Shown here: positions 6,651-10,843 of the stretch, in pieces | Layout: every line of letters starts with the position of its first letter | How positions within the stretch are numbered: position 1 is the first letter of the stretch | Source: an uncultured bacterium | Lineage (GTDB): Bacteria; SAR324; NAC60-12 | Direction of reading: 5' to 3' | NCBI GenBank assembly: GCA_964010765.1 | Contig: CAXGMD010000093.1 | Coordinates: 1-10,843, forward strand | Length of the DNA stretch: 10,843 nucleotides | Notes under the pieces: generated by a model | Databases searched by the model: none | What the model saw: only the letters and a program-made list of their open reading frames with translations | Told to the model about the DNA's origin: nothing | Position numbers and translations under genes: made by a program

Positions 6651-7565
6651 TTAGTTGATTTCTTTATCGCGAATATTCATTTGCGTATAGGAAAGAATTA
6701 GACTTGTGCATGGAGCTCCAACAGACTTGGCATAATCGACCATTGAGCCAAGAATGTGCTCATATTCGGTCTTTTGATTGAGTTCCAAGTCTCTCAGCAT
6801 TGAAGCAGTTAATTTTGATCCTTTTTCTAATAAAACACTTAAAGCCCGATCTGTAGCATCAGCTGAAATGGGGTATCCTGATTTTTCAGCTACCCCACAA
6901 CACTCATCATACATTTTGGTAGTTGCTTCTACACCAAATCGGCAATTTGTTATCTTACCCATACTAGCTCTCATCAAGGTTGTCATCCCAGCTAGCGTCG
7001 CAAGCACCGCCCATTTTTCCCAGAGCGCCTGTTCAATTTGTAAACTAAGAATGCTTTTGAAAGCAGATTTATCACATAAATTGTGAAGCTTTTCAGCAAC
7101 ATTTTTTTGTGATTCGTGTCGGGCACCAAATACGAAACTCGGATCATCTCTAAGCTGCTGAACCGCACCATCTGCTGTTAATGTTGTCGATACGTACGCA
7201 GCCCCCGCCATCACACGTTCTTTTCCAAACAAAAGATCCATTTGGTATAGATGGTCAATACCATTGAGAAAAGGGAGGAGAAATGGTTTTCCCTGGACAT
7301 TCTGAACAACTTCAATTGCCTCTGCAAAGTCATAAGACTTAGGTGTTAGGACGACCAAATCAACTTCACTGTTCAAGCTTTCTTTTGTCACTGTAGCAGG
7401 ATTCAATTTTACAGTTTCATCAGATGTTTCTATTACCAATCCATTCTTTCGAAGAAGTCTTTGCTTTTCGGGTCTGACAAGGAAAGTGACGTCTGCTCCT
7501 GCTTGTATCAGTCGGGCACCATAATAACCTCCGACAGCACCAGCACCGAGGATTAATATTCTCAT
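6651..7565 (-). CDS. panE: 2-dehydropantoate 2-reductase (ketopantoate reductase, ApbA/PanE family)
   Basis: AGGAGG RBS. MRILILGAGAVGGYYGARL Rossmann motif, PKSYD, FLNG, LWEKW (catalytic Lys), ASMLRD and KTE (catalytic Glu). 304 aa. Family is secure, substrate is not proven. Confidence 0.9.
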   Translation of the reverse strand: MRILILGAGAVGGYYGARLIQAGADVTFLVRPEKQRLLRKNGLVIETSDETVKLNPATVTKESLNSEVDLVVLTPKSYDFAEAIEVVQNVQGKPFLLPFLNGIDHLYQMDLLFGKERVMAGAAYVSTTLTADGAVQQLRDDPSFVFGARHESQKNVAEKLHNLCDKSAFKSILSLQIEQALWEKWAVLATLAGMTTLMRASMGKITNCRFGVEATTKMYDECCGVAEKSGYPISADATDRALSVLLEKGSKLTASMLRDLELNQKTEYEHILGSMVDYAKSVGAPCTSLILSYTQMNIRDKEIN

Positions 7566-7684
7566 CTAGTCCTCCTGCTTATGATTTGTTTAGAAGAGTC
7601 AACTATTAAAATATTTGGAAGTGAAGAACCGCAACAAATTGAAATCTCATCCAATAAATCACGGCTCTTGTCAGGATTGGTAGC

Positions 7685-7714
7685 TTAGTTGGACGTGAAA
7701 ATTTATCCAACTAA
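7685..7714. promoter_or_regulatory. Inverted repeat TTAGTTGGA-N12-TCCAACTAA between the 7725-8021 gene and panE
   Basis: Perfect 9-bp arms at 7685-7693 and 7706-7714. The adjacent A/T run is on the wrong side for an intrinsic terminator on either strand. Confidence 0.55.
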
Positions 7715-7724
7715 TCCCAAAAAA

Positions 7725-8021
7725 TTAATCCATTTTTTCAAGCATGATTCGCTCAAGAAATTTACCTGTTTTACGGAATTTAGCTGACCATTCTCTACCT
7801 TCTGGACTCCAGACCCAATTTTCCCACCTGTCCAATGCAGCATAATTCTCAAGCTCAACATCTCCAAATATCAAACGTTTGGCAGTATCTCGATAAACGT
7901 TGCAACTCACGACTCCAGGAAGCTTCATTCCAGGACACTCTTTTTGTAGTTTACGATGTTCTTTGGGGTCCAGCACTCCATCATCAGTTTCACCAAGCAT
8001 GTGCGTTAAAACAATACTCAT
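7725..8021 (-). CDS. Dimeric alpha+beta barrel (NIPSNAP/ABM-like) protein, 98 aa
   Basis: AGGAG RBS 7 nt before the ATG at 8021, a better start than 8048. DVELENYAALDRW motif. Aligns end to end with 3186-3479. Confidence 0.8.
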   Translation of the reverse strand: MSIVLTHMLGETDDGVLDPKEHRKLQKECPGMKLPGVVSCNVYRDTAKRLIFGDVELENYAALDRWENWVWSPEGREWSAKFRKTGKFLERIMLEKMD

Positions 8022-8074
8022 GAGGTAACTCCTGTAAATTGTTTTCAAATTGCGGTTTCTTAGCAGCTTCCAAC

Positions 8075-8112
8075 TAATCGGAAGAATTATTATTTATATT
8101 AAGACAAAGTTT
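8075..8112 (-). promoter_or_regulatory. Composite upstream module, copy 2
   Basis: 8075-8086 is the reverse complement of TTCTTCCGATTA (5868-5879). 8096-8112 matches 5841-5857 at 15/17 on the + strand. Confidence 0.45.
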
Positions 8113-8311
8113 TTGTCCAGTGCCTAGATAATCTCTTATATGTGCTCCAGCACTGTACTCGGAGGGTTTGAAATTTCTTTGAGTTAGGTGACCTGCTTAA
8201 TCGAACCTGCAAAGAGCCGATTCACTTTAGTTGAGATACACTAGTTTTAGTTGTTGAATGATATTGGATAGTTGAATAGAGAAGTCCTCTGGGAGGCGCA
8301 GGAAGGAGAAA

Positions 8312-8378
8312 ACTAAGAATTTTTCCGCATCCTATTGGTGAGGTCACCAACTGGGAATGGAACCAAAACTCAGTTAGT
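8312..8378. other. Long imperfect stem-loop capped by the palindrome TTGGTGA-GG-TCACCAA
   Basis: Nested pairings ACTAA/TTAGT, TTTT/AAAA, TCC/GGA, CCTA/TGGG and TTGGTGA/TCACCAA (8335-8350). Confidence 0.5.
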
Positions 8379-8884
8379 CGATGATGAATCCCTCAGGCAG
8401 CTTAGTCGATGTAACAAGATGTTTCGCTTTTAGGTTTAAATTAAAGTAATACTGAATCTGTTAATTGGTATTTTCAAATTAATTAAATTATTTGTATTAT
8501 TCATATTTTTTTATTAATACGCTGAATTGGTATGGGTGGATAGTTGACGCGTTTACAAATCTAGCCTGCAGGAAATTCGAATGATCAACACGCAAAACAA
8601 AACTGAGTTGATACCGGATTCTATTTTTTGTAAATAATGATGCGTTTTTTCACGCTAATCATCTCTGTTCAATTCGATGGAATGCTTCACCAGACACAAA
8701 GAATGCAAAATCATTTCTCAACTGACTTAATCACACCAAACCTATTATATCTCTCAAACGCTATCCTAGATGTTCCAGCTGCAATGGGTTTAAGTGTATT
8801 TTCCCTTCATCTCAAATGCTAATATTCAGCACCGTTTGTTCATTGGCCATCTTCAAAAAATGCAACTGATTGAGAAGCTAGTGC

Positions 8885-8916
8885 TTGACATTCGACTACC
8901 ATCTGAAAGATATATT
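8885..8916 (+). promoter_or_regulatory. Possible sigma70 promoter for the 8988 gene
   Basis: Perfect TTGACA at 8885-8890. The -10 is poor: GATATA at 18-nt spacing or TATATT at 20-nt spacing. Confidence 0.3.
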
Positions 8917-8987
8917 TGGATTCCAGAGAATATTCATAATATTTTTATTGAGAATTTATAGTTTCCAAATACATCAGAGGGCAAGCT

Positions 8988-9344
8988 ATGTACGAGGGTA
9001 AAACTCAACTCACACGAATTTGGGTAGTGAAACCAGAATTTGTCAATAATTGGAATGAAATTACAGAAGTTCACACAAAATGGATGGCAGAGACTCACTA
9101 CAGAGAAGGGAACAAAAAACTGCATTTTCTCAATTGGTCTACAGCGCCAGAAATCAAAGATGATAAAGAAACAGGAAATACGATGTTTGTACTAACTGAG
9201 GTTTATGAAACATCGGTTGGTGTTGACGATCACGCTCAGCAAGCAAAAGAAACGCTCTCCTTGCCTCACAGCACAAAAGACGGAGTAGTCTCACTGACGA
9301 TTTGTGACTACGGTGCTATCAAACATTCACTTTGGAAGGACTGA
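8988..9344 (+). CDS. Hypothetical protein, probable dimeric alpha+beta barrel (ABM-like)
   Basis: GAGG RBS. 118 aa. IWVVKPE...H..WM...TGNTMFVLTEVYETSVGVDDH resembles the ABM VKP...F.L.E.Y.S...H pattern. Confidence 0.7.
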   Translation: MYEGKTQLTRIWVVKPEFVNNWNEITEVHTKWMAETHYREGNKKLHFLNWSTAPEIKDDKETGNTMFVLTEVYETSVGVDDHAQQAKETLSLPHSTKDGVVSLTICDYGAIKHSLWKD

Positions 9345-9376
9345 TTCAGGATAAAAAAATCAAGCAACAGAGTAAA

Positions 9377-9796
9377 ATGATGAAAGAGGATGAGAAATTA
9401 ATTGCGGCGTTGTTCAGTGAACTATCAGAAAGTTACAACGAAGGAGATGTTGAAAGGTTCACGTCAGCGTTTGATAGAGAAAACGTGTCTTTAATTGGGA
9501 CAACAGTTGATGAGATTCGATTAGATATTGAACAAATAAGAACCCAATTTCAAAGAGATATTGATCAAACTCAGTCTAGGGATTTATCATTCAAAAAATT
9601 TGATTTCTTCCTACATGGCCAGTTTGCTTACGTTATCAGCAAATTAGAATTCAAAGGCGAGACTGTAAAGGGCGAGAGTTTTATTCTCAATATGAGAGTT
9701 TCGGCAATGCTGGAGAAAACTCATGGGAAATGGTTGTTTCGGCATTTGCATTGTTCTGTACCTGATAAAAATGTTGAAGAAAGAAACTCTATTTAG
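9377..9796 (+). CDS. Nuclear transport factor 2 / SnoaL-like family protein
   Basis: SESYNEGDVERF...SLIGTTVDEIR...QFQRD...RVSAMLEKTHGKWLFRHLHCSVP is a typical SnoaL_3-type signature. ATG 9377 or 9380 is preferred over the TTG at 9332, which would overlap the previous gene. Confidence 0.85.
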   Translation: MMKEDEKLIAALFSELSESYNEGDVERFTSAFDRENVSLIGTTVDEIRLDIEQIRTQFQRDIDQTQSRDLSFKKFDFFLHGQFAYVISKLEFKGETVKGESFILNMRVSAMLEKTHGKWLFRHLHCSVPDKNVEERNSI

Positions 9797-9869
9797 GGCA
9801 GAGAATTTTGTGAGTCTCAGGCAGAGCTAGTATTAATTTGTGGATGTCTATTTTACAATCCAACTGAAT

Positions 9870-9888
9870 AATCACACAACGCCTCACA
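9870..9888 (+). repeat. Dispersed 19-bp repeat, copy 2 (AATCACACAACGCCTCACA)
   Basis: 18/19 identical to 924-942. Confidence 0.7.
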
Positions 9889-9960
9889 CGTACTTAATAC
9901 GTTTGCCCCAGCACTAGCCTCGATGATTTTGCTAGGATGAGGCAATAACACTGTTTGAAA

Positions 9961-9977
9961 GTGCTAGGATCTAGCAC
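9961..9977. promoter_or_regulatory. Palindrome GTGCTAG-GAT-CTAGCAC, candidate operator of the second panE-like gene
   Basis: Perfect 7-3-7 inverted repeat ending 21 nt before the ATG at 9999. A second GCTAGGAT lies at 9931-9938. Confidence 0.5.
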
Positions 9978-9998
9978 AATAAATCTCAGGATTGCAAA

Positions 9999-10843
9999 AT
10001 GCGCATTGCAGTTTTTGGTGCAGGGGGAATAGGAGGATACTTTGGGGTGCGGCTTGCCCAGGCAGGAAATGATGTTGCCCTCATTGCGCGTGGATCACAT
10101 CTTCAGGCTATTCAAGCGAACGGACTTTTTGTGAAAAGCGCAACCGGAGATTTTCACATTACACCCTTTATAGCGACTAATTCTCCAGCAGAAGTAGGTG
10201 TTGTTGACCTTGTAATCTTAGGTGTCAAAGCTTGGGATGTACGTGAAGCTGCTGAGCAGATTCGACCGATGATTGGCCCTGATACAGGAGTTCTCACCTT
10301 GCAAAACGGTGTGGAGGCGCCGACAGAGGTTGCCGATGTTTTAGGACATGATCATGTCATTGTTGGAGTTTCACCAGTACGTTGTTTTATTGAAACTCCA
10401 GGAAAATTAAAACATGTCGGCGGAATTAACCCACAGCTTACCCTTGGGGAGATTGACAATCGCGCTTCTGCCAGGGTGGACTCTATCCATGCAGCTTTTG
10501 CCTCAAATCAAGTATCCGTTCAGATCCCTGATGACATACAGTCTTGGTTGTGGTTGAAATTTGCTGGAGCGGTAACGTTAGGAGGTATTGGCACATTAAC
10601 ACGCGTACCAACTGGAGTTTGGCGCGAGATCCCAGAAGTTCGCAAACTCGTCCAGGATTCTATTCATGAGGTAGTGGCAGTTGCAGCGGCTAATGGAGTT
10701 ACACTTCCACCAGAAGGTGTTGACGTGATTCATCGTGGCATTGACATGATGCCAGCAAACCATATGACGTCAATGCAGGAGGAGATCATGGCCTGTAAAC
10801 CTTCAGAACTTGAATATTGGAATGGTGCGGTCGTTCGATTAGG
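9999..10843 (+). CDS. panE: Second ketopantoate reductase (ApbA/PanE) family protein, cut by the right window edge
   Basis: Not in the ORF track. Translated by hand: MRIAVFGAGGIGGYFGVRLAQAGNDVALIARG...LGVKAWD...LTLQNGVE...WLWLKF...TSMQEEIMACKPSELEYWNGAVVRL, open to the end. AGGA upstream of the ATG. Confidence 0.9.
   Translation, partial: MRIAVFGAGGIGGYFGVRLAQAGNDVALIARGSHLQAIQANGLFVKSATGDFHITPFIATNSPAEVGVVDLVILGVKAWDVREAAEQIRPMIGPDTGVLTLQNGVEAPTEVADVLGHDHVIVGVSPVRCFIETPGKLKHVGGINPQLTLGEIDNRASARVDSIHAAFASNQVSVQIPDDIQSWLWLKFAGAVTLGGIGTLTRVPTGVWREIPEVRKLVQDSIHEVVAVAAANGVTLPPEGVDVIHRGIDMMPANHMTSMQEEIMACKPSELEYWNGAVVRL

Noticed and set aside
7685..8378. Integron attC sites explaining the cassette-like layout
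   Set aside because: At 7685-7714 GTTGGAC precedes ATCCAAC, the reverse of attC order. The 8312-8378 hairpin lacks a proper RYYYAAC/GTTRRRY pair. Genes lie on both strands and no intI is present.
8228..8547. CRISPR array or chromosomal origin
   Set aside because: The repeats are only 6-11 bp with no repeat-spacer periodicity and no cas genes. DnaA-box-like words have two or more mismatches.
6778..9125. ORFs 6778-7086 (+), 7835-8023 (+), 8637-8822 (+) and 8934-9125 (-)
   Set aside because: Three are antisense shadows of real genes. 8637-8822 is only 61 aa with no RBS or motif, though it cannot be fully excluded.

Overview
An AT-rich bacterial accessory region with no rRNA, tRNA, CRISPR array, integrase or transposase visible. 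The gene content is reminiscent of marine SAR324-type genomes, but that is an unverified impression. It is a patchwork of mostly stand-alone small genes: a secreted beta-barrel protein with an AOC/dirigent-like motif, a small outer-membrane beta-barrel, three NTF2/SnoaL-like proteins, four dimeric alpha+beta barrel (NIPSNAP/ABM-like) proteins of which two are recognisable paralogues, a DUF1326-DUF2182 pair, a decayed NAD(P)H-binding reductase, and two divergent ketopantoate-reductase (ApbA/PanE) family genes. The second of these is missing from the ORF track because it runs off the window. The spacers share several short sequence modules in pairs, some at matching distances from starts or stops, and the 8.0-9.0 kb gap holds a TAGTTG cluster and a long hairpin with glycine-riboswitch-like flanks. 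All family calls come from motif recognition by eye, not from database searches.
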